From Clostridia bacterium (GTDB lineage Bacteria; Bacillota; Clostridia; Christensenellales; CAG-1252): DNA of 64,000 nt. The notes beneath the pieces are model-generated. The model searched no databases. It saw nothing but the letters and a program-made list of their open reading frames with translations, and was not told the DNA's origin. The stretch lies in the NCBI GenBank assembly GCA_017444385.1, contig JAFSWQ010000008.1, forward strand, positions 5,004-69,003. The letters run 5' to 3'. The position numbers were made by a program, and so were the translations under genes. Shown one piece after another: positions 1 to 9,839 of this stretch (the stretch's first letter is position 1; each line of letters starts with the position of its first letter).

Positions 1-13
1 TTTGGAGGAACAA

Positions 14-1414
14 ATGAGTAACGAAGAACAAGTAATCAACGCCGTTGATAATCAACAAGAAAACACCGTAGCAAAAGACCTCGTTTTGAATATTAGAGGT
101 ACCGACTACCCCATCTCTTACACGGTAGAGCAAGCGGATAAGTTTACCAAACACTACGTCGTAAAAGTAGACGGCGAGTTTTATAAAGCTTTGGAATTGA
201 GCGCGTACTTCAAGACCAAAGGCAAATATATGATACCCGGTTTCCGTAAAGGCAAAGCCACTATGGCGAGCATCAAAACCCACTACGGCGAGACCGTATT
301 CCTTGACGCCACCATCGACGAGGCTATCGACCAAATCTACAAAGTTATGCTTCGCCCCGTATTCTATGCGGACGGTATGGTTTGCGCCCCCTCGGTAGAC
401 GTTAAGTCGATCAACCTCGGCGAATTCGAATTCTTCTATATCATCACTTCTTACGCGGAAGTTGAAAACGTAGTATATAAAGATCTCGAATACGTTGCCG
501 TCAAAGAAGACAAGTACGTTGAATCCATCGCTCAAGATAAACTTCAATCCGCCCTTGACAAAGCGGGTTATTGGGAAGATATCTCGGATAGAGCGTTGCA
601 AATGAAAGACACCGCCACCATCGACTTCGAAGGTCGTATCGACGGCGAATTGTTCGAAGGCGGTTCCGCCAAAGATACCGAACTCGAAATCGGCTCGGGC
701 AAGTTCATTCCCGGATTCGAAGAGCAACTCGTCGGTATGAATATCGGCGAAACCAAAGATATCAACGTCAGATTCCCCGACGATTACGGCGCGAAAGAGT
801 TTGCGGGCAAGGACGCGGTGTTCACCGTCACTTTGAGCGCAATCAAGGTCAAGAAGACCCCCGAACTCGACGACGAATTCGCGAAAGACGTTAGCGACTT
901 CGACACTTTGGACGAACTCAAAGCCTCCTATCAAAAGGAAGCCGAGGAAGAATCCGCTTCTAAGGCGAAGAAAGAGACCGAGAACAATATCATTGCCGCG
1001 GTTCTTAAAGCCAACGATTCTTACGAATTGCCCGAAAAGGCGGTCAAGGAAATGGCTGAAAAGAGATTCGAAGACTTTGCCGCTTATCTCAAAAACGGCG
1101 GTATGAATATGGATATGTACCTCGGTTATATCGGTCAAACCAAAGAAGATATGATCGAGACCTACAAGAAAGACGTGGAAGCGAGCGAAAAGCGTAACAT
1201 GATCTTGACCGCGGTTATCGAAGCCGAAGGTATCAAGATCGAGGAAGAGGAAGCCGAAGCGAAGATCAAAGAAAACGCCGAGAAAGCGGGCAAGGAATTG
1301 GAAGAGTACAGAAAAGAGATGAAGGGCGACGAACTCGACTACATTTACAATCAACTTCTTTCCGACAAGCTTGTTTCCCGTTTGAAAGAGTTGAACAAAG
1401 CCATCGCCGAATAA
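14..1414 (+). CDS. tig: trigger factor
   Basis: ORF 2..1414. GGAGGA at 4-9, then ATG at 14. IPGFRKGKA ribosome-docking signature and FKBP-like core (GKFIPGFEEQLVGM). tig-clpP-clpX-lon synteny. Confidence 0.9.
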   Translation: MSNEEQVINAVDNQQENTVAKDLVLNIRGTDYPISYTVEQADKFTKHYVVKVDGEFYKALELSAYFKTKGKYMIPGFRKGKATMASIKTHYGETVFLDATIDEAIDQIYKVMLRPVFYADGMVCAPSVDVKSINLGEFEFFYIITSYAEVENVVYKDLEYVAVKEDKYVESIAQDKLQSALDKAGYWEDISDRALQMKDTATIDFEGRIDGELFEGGSAKDTELEIGSGKFIPGFEEQLVGMNIGETKDINVRFPDDYGAKEFAGKDAVFTVTLSAIKVKKTPELDDEFAKDVSDFDTLDELKASYQKEAEEESASKAKKETENNIIAAVLKANDSYELPEKAVKEMAEKRFEDFAAYLKNGGMNMDMYLGYIGQTKEDMIETYKKDVEASEKRNMILTAVIEAEGIKIEEEEAEAKIKENAEKAGKELEEYRKEMKGDELDYIYNQLLSDKLVSRLKELNKAIAE

Positions 1415-1457
1415 CTCGTTTAAAATATATCATCGTTAATGGTGGTTTACCGTATTA

Positions 1458-1691
1458 GGAAGAGATGTTTCGACTTCGCTCAACATGACGAATAAAAAAC
1501 CTCGCGAAGCGAGGCTCGAGCAAACGCAAAACGTTTGCGAGAAAGAGGAATAGGCAAGCAAAAACGAAATCATCGTTAGATGGTGAGTAAAAGCGCAGCC
1601 TATGACGAGTCGAAGGATCCCCTAACCAAGCGTAATTGCTTATATGAGATTCCAAAGCGGAAGAGATGTTTCGACTTCGCTCAACATGACG
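1458..1691 (+). repeat. repeat cluster: A - T1 - A
   Basis: A unit GGAAGAGATGTTTCGACTTCGCTCAACATGACG at 1458-1490 and 1659-1691. T1 module (CCTCGCGAAGCGAGGCTCGAGCAAACG...GTCGAAGGATCCCCTAA) at 1500-1625. Confidence 0.9.
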
Positions 1692-1757
1692 AATAAATAT
1701 AAACCGCTAGTTGCAAACCGCCTACCTCTTAACTCGTTAGTATTTTCGTATAAAATC

Positions 1758-1784
1758 AATATGCGACCTCGTCGGTCGCATATT
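1758..1784 (+). terminator. hairpin downstream of tig and its repeats (weak terminator candidate)
   Basis: ATATGCGACC-TCGTC-GGTCGCATAT 10-bp stem with a poor T-tract. Confidence 0.3.
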
Positions 1785-1833
1785 GTGGCTTAATGCCGCG
1801 AATTATAAAAAATAATCGTATAGGGCGTTCGTT

Positions 1834-1862
1834 TTGCGATTTTCCGTCCTATAATATAGAAT
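1834..1862 (+). promoter_or_regulatory. candidate sigma-A promoter of clpP
   Basis: TTGCGA (1834-1839), 17-nt spacer, TAGAAT (1857-1862), about 25 nt before the clpP ATG. No CtsR box seen. Confidence 0.3.
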
Positions 1863-1886
1863 ATACCTTTTTAATAAGGAGAATTT

Positions 1887-2480
1887 ATGGAAAAAGAAAA
1901 AATGTCTTTTATACCTTACGTTTACGAAGCGAACGGCGTCAATAAAGGCGACTTGTTTTCGAGAATGCTCGACGATAGGATCATCTTTTTGACCGGCGTA
2001 GTAGACAGCGATATGGCTGAACTCGTCATCGCGCAACTATTGTATCTTGAAAGCAAAGATCCCAAAAAGGACGTTTTCCTTTATATCAACAGTCCCGGCG
2101 GCTCGGTAAGCGACGGAATGGCAATTCACGACACTATGCAATATATCAAATGCGACGTGCAAACCATTTGCGTTGGCGAAGCGGCTTCCATGGGCGCGTT
2201 TCTACTTGCTTCGGGCGCGAAAGGCAAACGCTATTGCTTGAAAAACAGCGAAGTTATGATACACCAAGTTTTGAGCGGCTATTCGGGGCAGGCGACCGAC
2301 CTTGAGATCCACACCCGCCACACCTTGCGTATCAAAGAAAGAATGAACAAGCTTCTTTCCGAGTACACCGGTCAACCCTATGAAAAGGTTTGCTTGGACA
2401 CCGAAAGAGACTATTTTATGAACGCCGAAGAAGCGCTCGAATACGGCATTATCGACAAGGTTTTCGAACACAGAGAATAA
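1887..2480 (+). CDS. clpP: ATP-dependent Clp protease proteolytic subunit
   Basis: ORF 1887..2480 with an AAGGAG RBS upstream. Catalytic Ser context [14 protein letters not shown] and His context VMIHQ. Confidence 0.95.
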   Translation: MEKEKMSFIPYVYEANGVNKGDLFSRMLDDRIIFLTGVVDSDMAELVIAQLLYLESKDPKKDVFLYINSPGGSVSDGMAIHDTMQYIKCDVQTICVGEAASMGAFLLASGAKGKRYCLKNSEVMIHQVLSGYSGQATDLEIHTRHTLRIKERMNKLLSEYTGQPYEKVCLDTERDYFMNAEEALEYGIIDKVFEHRE

Positions 2481-2483
2481 TTT

Positions 2484-3713
2484 ATGGTAGAGAAAGATTT
2501 CAGTTGTTCTTTTTGCGGTAGACCCGAGTCCGTCGCGGGGCAATTAGTCACCGGGAAAAGTAAAAATATCTATATTTGTAGGAATTGCGCCGAGCAAGTC
2601 ATCTCGAGATTAAGGGAATATGACGAAGAACGTATCGGCGTAAACGAGGGAATAAAACTCTTAACGCCTCGTCAAATCAAAAAGAAGTTGGACGAGTATA
2701 TCATCGGTCAGGATATGGCGAAGAAGATCATATCGGTAGCCGTGTATAACCATTATAAGAGGATCCTCAATAATAACGATCCCGACGACGTGGTTTTGGA
2801 AAAGAGTAATATCCTTATGCTCGGACCTACCGGCTCGGGTAAGACCTTGCTCGCAAAGACTCTCGCGGGGATATTGAACGTTCCTTTCGCTGTCGCGGAC
2901 GCGACCACCTTGACCGAGGCGGGCTACGTAGGCGAAGACGTCGAGAATATTTTGCTTAAACTCATTCAAAACGCCGACTTCGACATAGAGAGAGCGGAAA
3001 AAGGTATTATCTATATCGACGAGATCGATAAGATAGCCAAACGCGGCGAGAACGTTTCCATCACCCGCGACGTAAGCGGCGAGGGCGTTCAACAAGCCTT
3101 ATTGAAAATAATCGAAAGCACCACGGCGGACGTTCCCCCGAAAGGCGGAAGAAAACACCCCGAACAAGAGTGCATTCAAATAGACACCACTAATATATTG
3201 TTTATATTCGGCGGCGCGTTCGTAGGGCTTGAAAAGATCATCTCGCAAAGAAAGTTGGAAGGCAATATCGGCTTCGGCGCGTTCGTTGAAAGCGAGGAAA
3301 ACGCCGCGTATTCCCAGCTTATTGCGGAAATGCAACCCGACGACCTTATCAAATTCGGTCTTATCCCCGAGTTCGTCGGCCGCGTGCCCGTCGTAGTTGG
3401 CTTGGATAATTTGAACGAAGAGACGCTTATCCATATTTTGACCGAGCCTAAAAACGCCCTCGTCAAACAGTACGTCAAGTCGTTCAAGATTGACGGCGTA
3501 GAACTTGAATTTACCGAGGACGCCTTAAAAGCGGTCGCTCAAAAAGCCATAGAATTAAAAACGGGCGCGAGAGGATTGAGGAATATTTTAGAGAAGACCC
3601 TTCTCGAAATCAACTTCGATATTCCCGATATGCCCAACGTCGAAAAGGTAATAATCACGAAAGAAGTCATTGAGGGAAAGGAAAAACCCATATTGAGTTA
3701 TCAAAATGAGTAA
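2484..3713 (+). CDS. clpX: ATP-dependent Clp protease ATP-binding subunit ClpX
   Basis: N-terminal C4 zinc ribbon (CSFCG...CRNC), Walker A GPTGSGKT, Walker [10 protein letters not shown]. Confidence 0.95.
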   Translation: MVEKDFSCSFCGRPESVAGQLVTGKSKNIYICRNCAEQVISRLREYDEERIGVNEGIKLLTPRQIKKKLDEYIIGQDMAKKIISVAVYNHYKRILNNNDPDDVVLEKSNILMLGPTGSGKTLLAKTLAGILNVPFAVADATTLTEAGYVGEDVENILLKLIQNADFDIERAEKGIIYIDEIDKIAKRGENVSITRDVSGEGVQQALLKIIESTTADVPPKGGRKHPEQECIQIDTTNILFIFGGAFVGLEKIISQRKLEGNIGFGAFVESEENAAYSQLIAEMQPDDLIKFGLIPEFVGRVPVVVGLDNLNEETLIHILTEPKNALVKQYVKSFKIDGVELEFTEDALKAVAQKAIELKTGARGLRNILEKTLLEINFDIPDMPNVEKVIITKEVIEGKEKPILSYQNE

Positions 3714-3766
3714 TCGAGAAAACGAACGTTAGTTTTCTAATTTTTTGAAGGAATTATTATTAAAAA

Positions 3767-3979
3767 GCACGTATCGAATTGCGGAAACCCGAGCGAAGCG
3801 AGGCTCGAGCAAACGCATAACGTTTGCGAGAAAGAGGAATAGGCAAGCAATAACGAAACCACCGCAGATGGTGAGTAAAAGCGAAGCCTATGACGAGTCG
3901 AAGGATCCCTTAACGCGAAGCATCAAGTATTAATAAAAGTATATGCGGAAGAGATGTTTCGACTTCGCTCAACATGACG
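3767..3979 (+). repeat. repeat cluster: T1 - A
   Basis: T1 at 3767-3922, with a degenerate left end and the tail CCCTTAACGCGAAGCA. A unit at 3947-3979. Confidence 0.9.
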
Positions 3980-4065
3980 AGTCAATATGCCTAATTTGAC
4001 AAGGGAAATTAATCGCAGTTTCAACGAAGAAATTGTTTGATAGCATTACTAATTGGGAAGGAAAA

Positions 4066-6333
4066 ATGAGTAAAGAGTATTTTAAGATTTATTTGGAATA
4101 TAACGAGCCTATTTTCGAGGAACAAATCGTTAACGTTCCCATACTCGATAAATTGAGACTTGCAAACTTTAACGATTTGAGCAAAAACGGAGAATTGTTC
4201 GTTTGCGGTATTTTCGAGTACGAAAAAGAGTATTACGGCACCATTTGCCGCTTGCTTCGTGTAAAACAAAGAGAAGGCGAGGCGTTCTTAAACGTCAAGG
4301 GCGTGGAAAGAGTGAAAATTATCTCTTTTGCTCAATCAAACGACATTTTCGAGTTATCCACCGCTTTGGTAGAGTCGATGACCCCTTCGTTTTATTCGGT
4401 AACGGATAGTTCGGCTTTCGCTACTTCTATTGAAAACTGCAACAAATACATCGAGGAATTGAGAAAGTCCGCCCCCATCGAATTCAGCGACGTCGGCATG
4501 ATACAGGAACTCTATTTCGACGATTGGATAAAAAGAAACAGTCGCATTCTCAAATACGTTTCCCGCGAGCTTTTGTTCGCCGAGAAGAAAGACGAAATAA
4601 GGGCTTCTAAACTTCAAGAAGGTCTAATGATGATGGCGGTCAGCGTCGAACTCGATAAGGATATCGAGAAGACTTTGAGCGACAGTATGAGCAAAGACCA
4701 AAACGACTACATTCTTCGCGAAAAACTGCGTATCATCAATAAAGAACTCTACAATACCGATGGCGATTCCGAGAAATATCGCGAGAAAATCGATAAACTC
4801 AACGCGCCCGACGACGTGAAGCAGGTGCTTATCGACGAGCTTGCGAAGGTTACGGGTATGCAAGTAGGCTCGCCCGAATCCTACGTCGCAAGGAATTACA
4901 TAGACACCGTTTGTTCTTTGCCCTGGGGCGTTTACACCGAAGAAAATCTCACCCTCGAAAACGCGAGAAAGATTCTCGAAGAGGATCATTTCGGTATCGA
5001 AGAGGTCAAAGAGAGAATTATGGAATTTTTGGCGATACATAAACTCGTCAAAGAGAAGAAAGGCAATATCCTTTGCTTCTACGGTCCCCCGGGAACGGGT
5101 AAAACTTCGGTCGTAAAATCCATCGCGAAAGCGTTGGGTAGAAAGTACGTTCGTTTGAGTCTCGGCGGCGTTCACGACGAGGCGGAAATCAGAGGTCACC
5201 GTCGTACCTATATCGGCGCGTTAGCCGGTAAGATTATAACCGGTATCCGCGACGCGGGCTCTATGAACCCCGTATTCCTTATGGACGAGGTGGATAAACT
5301 CTCTGCCGACGCAAAAGGCGACCCCGCAAGCGCGCTACTCGAAGTCCTCGACCCCGAACAAAATAAGGCGTTCAGAGATAACTTTATCGACCTGCCTTTC
5401 GACCTTTCTCAAGTGCTGTTCATCACTACGGCGAACAATATCCAGACCATCGCAAGACCCTTGCTCGACCGTATGGAACTTATCGAAATGAGCAGTTACA
5501 CTATAGAGGAAAAGAAAGAGATCGCTCTCCGTCACCTCATACCCAAGCAACTCAAAGAACACGCCGTTCCCGATAATACCGTGACCTTCACGCCCGAAGC
5601 GGTTGAAGAGATCATCGACGCGTACACGTTGGAAGCGGGCGTTAGAAAGCTCGAACAACTCGTCGCGAGGATTATAAGAAAGATAGCCGTCAAGTACGGC
5701 GACGTTGGGTATCAACCCGTCACCGTCGATAAGGATAGCCTCGTCGGTTATTTGGGCGCGCCCAAACATACCGATAAAGAGATAGCGCCCCCCGAAGTAG
5801 GCGTGATAACCGGGCTTGCGTACACCGAGTACGGCGGCGTAACTATGGAAATGGAATGCGTGTTAACGGCGGGGAAGGGCAACCTTCAACTCACCGGCAA
5901 CTTAGGCGACGTTATGAAAGAGAGCGCGAAAGAGGCGTTCACTTTGGTAAGATCCAAAGCCGAAAAGTACGGGATACCCCAAGAAGCGTTCGAGAAAGAC
6001 GTACATATCAACGCGACCGAGGGCGGCGTCCCCAAAGACGGACCCAGCGCGGGCGTGGCGTTGTCCACCGTGATATTGTCGGCGTTTACGGGGAAGAAGA
6101 TACGCTCGGATATCGCTTTGACCGGCGAAATAACCATTACGGGCAAGGTTCTCGCGATAGGCGGCGTAAAAGAAAAATCTTTGGGCGCGTTGCGTAAAGG
6201 TATCACTACGATAATCCTTCCTTCCGCTAATAAAGCGGACGTCGAAGCGCTTTCCCCTACGATAAAAGACAAGATCAACTATATCTTCGTCGATAGAATC
6301 GAACAAGTCTTCGATAAGATGCTTATCGACTAA
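4066..6333 (+). CDS. lon: Lon protease (LonA type)
   Basis: ORF 4033..6333 starts at TTG. ATG 4066, preceded by GGGAAGGA, is the more likely start. Walker A GPPGTGKTS; Ser-Lys dyad contexts PKDGPSAGVA and GGVKEK. Confidence 0.9.
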   Translation: MSKEYFKIYLEYNEPIFEEQIVNVPILDKLRLANFNDLSKNGELFVCGIFEYEKEYYGTICRLLRVKQREGEAFLNVKGVERVKIISFAQSNDIFELSTALVESMTPSFYSVTDSSAFATSIENCNKYIEELRKSAPIEFSDVGMIQELYFDDWIKRNSRILKYVSRELLFAEKKDEIRASKLQEGLMMMAVSVELDKDIEKTLSDSMSKDQNDYILREKLRIINKELYNTDGDSEKYREKIDKLNAPDDVKQVLIDELAKVTGMQVGSPESYVARNYIDTVCSLPWGVYTEENLTLENARKILEEDHFGIEEVKERIMEFLAIHKLVKEKKGNILCFYGPPGTGKTSVVKSIAKALGRKYVRLSLGGVHDEAEIRGHRRTYIGALAGKIITGIRDAGSMNPVFLMDEVDKLSADAKGDPASALLEVLDPEQNKAFRDNFIDLPFDLSQVLFITTANNIQTIARPLLDRMELIEMSSYTIEEKKEIALRHLIPKQLKEHAVPDNTVTFTPEAVEEIIDAYTLEAGVRKLEQLVARIIRKIAVKYGDVGYQPVTVDKDSLVGYLGAPKHTDKEIAPPEVGVITGLAYTEYGGVTMEMECVLTAGKGNLQLTGNLGDVMKESAKEAFTLVRSKAEKYGIPQEAFEKDVHINATEGGVPKDGPSAGVALSTVILSAFTGKKIRSDIALTGEITITGKVLAIGGVKEKSLGALRKGITTIILPSANKADVEALSPTIKDKINYIFVDRIEQVFDKMLID

Positions 6334-6447
6334 CGTTTCGACTTAATATACCTAAAAGTTGCCTGAATCGAATTCGGCGAAACGCGATTAAAAGCGTCAA
6401 TCGTAATCATTATAATTGCATCAAACCGCCAGTAGCGAAAAGAAAAG

Positions 6448-6533
6448 TACGTCATACTGAGCCTGTCGAAGTATCCCCTAACGCGAAGCAGAAGCGACAA
6501 GGAAGAGATGTTTCGACTTCGCTCAACATGACG
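6448..6533 (+). repeat. short REPIN-like doublet: S - A
   Basis: S unit GTACGTCATACTGAGCCTGTCGAAGTATCCCCTAACGCGAAGCA at 6448-6490. The A unit at 6501-6533 is its imperfect inverted repeat. Confidence 0.9.
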
Positions 6534-6637
6534 AAATAATAAAGTGCGTCTTTGTAAATAACCGTTGTAGAATAACACGCAAAATAATTAGTACAAGTGC
6601 GCATATCTATTATATTACAAACGTTTTGAGGTAAACC

Positions 6638-7234
6638 GTGAAGATAACCAGCGCGAGTTTTATAAAATCGGTGAGCGATACCGCTCTACCCGAATATAAC
6701 AAAGAGATCGCCGTCGTGGGTAGAAGTAACGTCGGCAAGAGTTCTTTTATTAATTTTCTCACCGATAACGGCAAGCTGGCGAGGACTTCTTCCACGCCCG
6801 GACGTACTCGCCTTATCAACTATTTCGACGTAAATAAAGGCGAGTTTACTCTGGTCGATCTTCCCGGTTACGGCTTCGCGAAGGTCTCGAACGACGAAAA
6901 AGAGAAGTGGAAAAAGATAATCGAAAACTACCTGCAAAACAGCAAAAACCTACTCCACGTCTTTATCATCACGGATATAAAAGTCGTCGATTCCCCGCTT
7001 GACTCGCAAATGGTTTATTACCTTAATACCTATAATATTCCATATACGGTCATCGCGAATAAAGCGGACAATATCCCCAAATCGCAAATCCCCAAAAACG
7101 TAAATAAGATCGCCGCCCATTTCGGGCTTGGAATGGGGAATATATACGTCGTTTCCTCGGTCAAAAAGACGGGGAAAGAGAAAGTCCTCGACCGTATCGA
7201 ACAAATACTTTACACGCCGAATAACTTCGAGTAA
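6638..7234 (+). CDS. engB: ribosome biogenesis GTPase YsxC/EngB
   Basis: GTG start with GAGGT upstream. G1 motif GRSNVGKSS, G3 motif DLPGYG. Follows lon, as in Bacillus and Clostridia. Confidence 0.9.
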   Translation: MKITSASFIKSVSDTALPEYNKEIAVVGRSNVGKSSFINFLTDNGKLARTSSTPGRTRLINYFDVNKGEFTLVDLPGYGFAKVSNDEKEKWKKIIENYLQNSKNLLHVFIITDIKVVDSPLDSQMVYYLNTYNIPYTVIANKADNIPKSQIPKNVNKIAAHFGLGMGNIYVVSSVKKTGKEKVLDRIEQILYTPNNFE

Positions 7235-7506
7235 GCGTTAAGGCTTGGATATTTTCGTCGAGCGATTAGATATTATTTAGGTGGATATTGATTGAGATAA
7301 TAATATTTGATATTAGGAAGATAATATTTATAAGGATAATATAATTAGTACAATTTAATAATAAATAGGCGCTGTGAAACGTCCTACGTAAAAGAATATT
7401 TCGGCTTTATTACGCCGCGCGAGATTATGGCAACTAAAAGTTCCTCTTGCGAGCGTGTCGAATTACTCTCTTATTAAGGTAAAACGCTTTCACAGCGCCT
7501 TTTGTC

Positions 7507-8139
7507 TTATTGAGGGAAGAGCGGAAGGTCGAAAAAGCCTTCGCAAACTTCTTGCTGGAATTCTTGGCAAGGCGGGATATAGCAATATCCGTAAGAAGGG
7601 ACGAGAAGTTCCACTTCGGTCACGACCTTGACGATTACCGTCAAACAAATCGTAATAGAGAAAGTCGCATCCGAAACGTAAGAGCCTACCGTGCTAACCG
7701 CGTTCACGACCGCTTCGATATCGGCGGGAATGACCGATGCTTGCGGAATATGTAGAATGAGATCTCTTGAAACCGTAAAGGACGAAACGCCCGTCGCTGT
7801 AGTGCCGTTTGCGTCGGTGAAAACTACGGACAAAGGGACTGAAACGTCGAATTGAACTCTCGAACAACCGGGTTTGTCGGGAATGGGGGTTATAACGAGG
7901 TTGGATATTTCGCCTTTAGACGACGAGCTTATCGCGCTTTGATAGGTAAATGGTTGAGTTACGTCCTCGGGAACGGTGGACGTTAGGGTGATTTGAGTAT
8001 TTGCGAGGGTTTCTTGTCTGATACAAGCGTCGAAAACTTTCTTGACTTGAATACAAACTTTCTCGCACAATCCCGTAGTGGGATTGCCGTTTATAGTTCC
8101 GGGCATTCTGTCCGGTCTGACGTTATTGGAAAAAGCCAT
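7507..8139 (-). CDS. hypothetical protein (beta-rich, Cys-containing; possible sporulation-expressed structural protein)
   Basis: 210-aa ORF with a strong AGGAGG RBS 6 nt before the ATG. A CATATACTA mother-cell-type -10 lies just upstream. I recognise no catalytic motif, so the function is not assigned. Confidence 0.55.
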   Translation of the reverse strand: MAFSNNVRPDRMPGTINGNPTTGLCEKVCIQVKKVFDACIRQETLANTQITLTSTVPEDVTQPFTYQSAISSSSKGEISNLVITPIPDKPGCSRVQFDVSVPLSVVFTDANGTTATGVSSFTVSRDLILHIPQASVIPADIEAVVNAVSTVGSYVSDATFSITICLTVIVKVVTEVELLVPSYGYCYIPPCQEFQQEVCEGFFDLPLFPQ

Positions 8140-8155
8140 AATAATCCTCCTGTTT

Positions 8156-8183
8156 TAGTATATGTTAGAAGGATTGAGAAAGT
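8156..8183 (-). promoter_or_regulatory. candidate mother-cell (sigma-K/sigma-E type) promoter for the 7507..8139 gene
   Basis: The minus strand reads AC - 17 nt - CATATACTA, matching the AC-N16/17-CATAnnnTA pattern, about 20 nt upstream of the ATG. Confidence 0.3.
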
Positions 8184-8216
8184 GAAAGAAAAAGCGTTTG
8201 GTAGACTTAATAGTTA

Positions 8217-8778
8217 TTCCTTTACGAAAACCTTTTGGGTTTTCTCGATTGCTCACCTCGTTCGCGTAAAAATATCAGTACGTAATTCCGACCAACTTCG
8301 AGAAATTACAAATAATAGCACGTCATCTTTAACAGCAAAACCCGAGCGAAGCGAGGCTCGAGCAAACGCTTAACGTTTGCGAGAAAGAGGAATAGGCAAG
8401 CAACAACGAAACCATCGTAGATGGTGAGTAAAAGCGAAGCCTATGACGAGTCGAAGGATCCCCTTAAAAGAGGTAACTATCTTATAAAACTATCTTAAAT
8501 CGGAAGAGATGTTTCGACTACGCTACGCTTCGCTCAACATGACGAGTAAATTATATTAGTACCGTCATAGTGAGAAGGAATAACCCGAGCGAAGCGAGGC
8601 TCGAGCAAACGCAAAACGTTTGCGAGAAAGAGGAATAGGCAAGCAACAACGAAACCATCGTAGATGGTGAGTAAAAGCGAAGCCTATGACGAGTCGAGGG
8701 ATCCCCTAACGCGAAGCAGTGATAATCTTTCATATCGTTCAAATCCGAAGAGACGTTTCGACTACGCTCAACATGACG
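8217..8778 (+). repeat. repeat cluster: T2 fragment(-), degenerate S, then tandem [T1 - A][T1 - A]
   Basis: T2 fragment 8217-8266 (reverse orientation). Degenerate S 8278-8309. T1 8318-8466. A 8502-8544 (with a 9-nt internal duplication). T1 8559-8718. A 8746-8778. Confidence 0.9.
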
Positions 8779-8876
8779 AAAAAACATAAACCTAACTTAC
8801 GATAATGGACAAAATATTAGATTATGCCTAAGCTCAAAAGCGATCAAGGTTTTGACCGCTCAAAAATCCTCGCAGA

Positions 8877-9554
8877 TTACAGTAGCGTAAGCGTAAATTT
8901 GGTCAAGTCGCAAGAGGTGAGGATATAAGGAATATCGTCGATGACGACTTCTTTTTTGTGCGGGCTTTGAAATCCGTGTACGTGCCCGTAGACCACTTTA
9001 TATACGTTATATTCTTTAATTATCTCGGTAAAATCCGAGGATTTGAAATTGTTAAAAGGGGGATAGTGCGTCATCACTATCATTTTTTTGTCGGGGTAGC
9101 GGCGGACGGCGTCGTCGAGAGTTAGCCTCAAACGTAGTTTTTCCCTCTCGAAAATCTTTACGTTTTCCGCGTCGTTTTCTTCGGGAAAATCCCAAAGACG
9201 AGTCCCGCAAACGACGTAATCTTCAACGAGCAAAGAGTCGTTTTGGATGGCTTTGAAGGTAGGGGGAAGGGCGGCTTTGACTTTCGAGATACCCTGCCAC
9301 CAATAATCGTGGTTGCCGCGAATGATAATTTTAGTGCCTTTAAGCGAGTCGAATTCTTTAAGATCTTCCATCGCTTCGGGAATGGTCATCGCCCAAGAGA
9401 GATCGCCGCACAAAAGAACGGTATCGCCGTCTTTGACTTTGGCGATCCAGTCCTCTTTTATCTTATCGACGTAGTTGTCCCATTGACTACCGAAGACGTT
9501 CATGGGTTTGTCGCCTCGGGTAGATAGGTGCAAATCGGATATGGCGTAGATCAT
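8877..9554 (-). CDS. metallophosphoesterase (calcineurin-like phosphohydrolase)
   Basis: Motifs SDLHLS, CGDLSWA, RGNHDYWW, THYPP and YGHVHG, in canonical order. Confidence 0.85.
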   Translation of the reverse strand: MIYAISDLHLSTRGDKPMNVFGSQWDNYVDKIKEDWIAKVKDGDTVLLCGDLSWAMTIPEAMEDLKEFDSLKGTKIIIRGNHDYWWQGISKVKAALPPTFKAIQNDSLLVEDYVVCGTRLWDFPEENDAENVKIFEREKLRLRLTLDDAVRRYPDKKMIVMTHYPPFNNFKSSDFTEIIKEYNVYKVVYGHVHGFQSPHKKEVVIDDIPYILTSCDLTKFTLTLL

Positions 9555-9772
9555 ACTCTCACTCTAACGAAGTATCGTTATTTGTATTATATATTATAAT
9601 TATTTATTGTTCAAGTATTTTTCGATTATTTTGCTTTGCGTTTGGGGAAGAGGGCTACAAGCATTTTCAAAATACGAGATAGTTTATCGTTTTTTTATCG
9701 CGTTTCAGAAAAGTTTTCCTATGGTTTTAGTATTTTTTATAATAATTTTCCTTTGGATATTCGTTAAAAATC

Positions 9773-9839
9773 TGTGGAAAATTGACCTAAAAGGGCGAGT
9801 TATCCACAATTTCAGGGCGAGTTTATCCACTTATCCACA
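9773..9839. promoter_or_regulatory. DnaA-box cluster
   Basis: Perfect TTATCCACA at 9800-9808 and 9831-9839. TTATCCACT at 9823-9831. Reverse TGTGGAAAA at 9773-9781. Two boxes sit inside the direct repeat AGGGCGAGTT(T)ATCCAC. Confidence 0.65.

Noticed and set aside
7993-8373. 126-aa ORF spanning the start of the minus-strand gene and the adjacent repeats.
   Set aside because: It overlaps the 7507..8139 CDS in antisense and then reads through a T2 fragment and a T1 module, which is typical of a spurious repeat-derived ORF.
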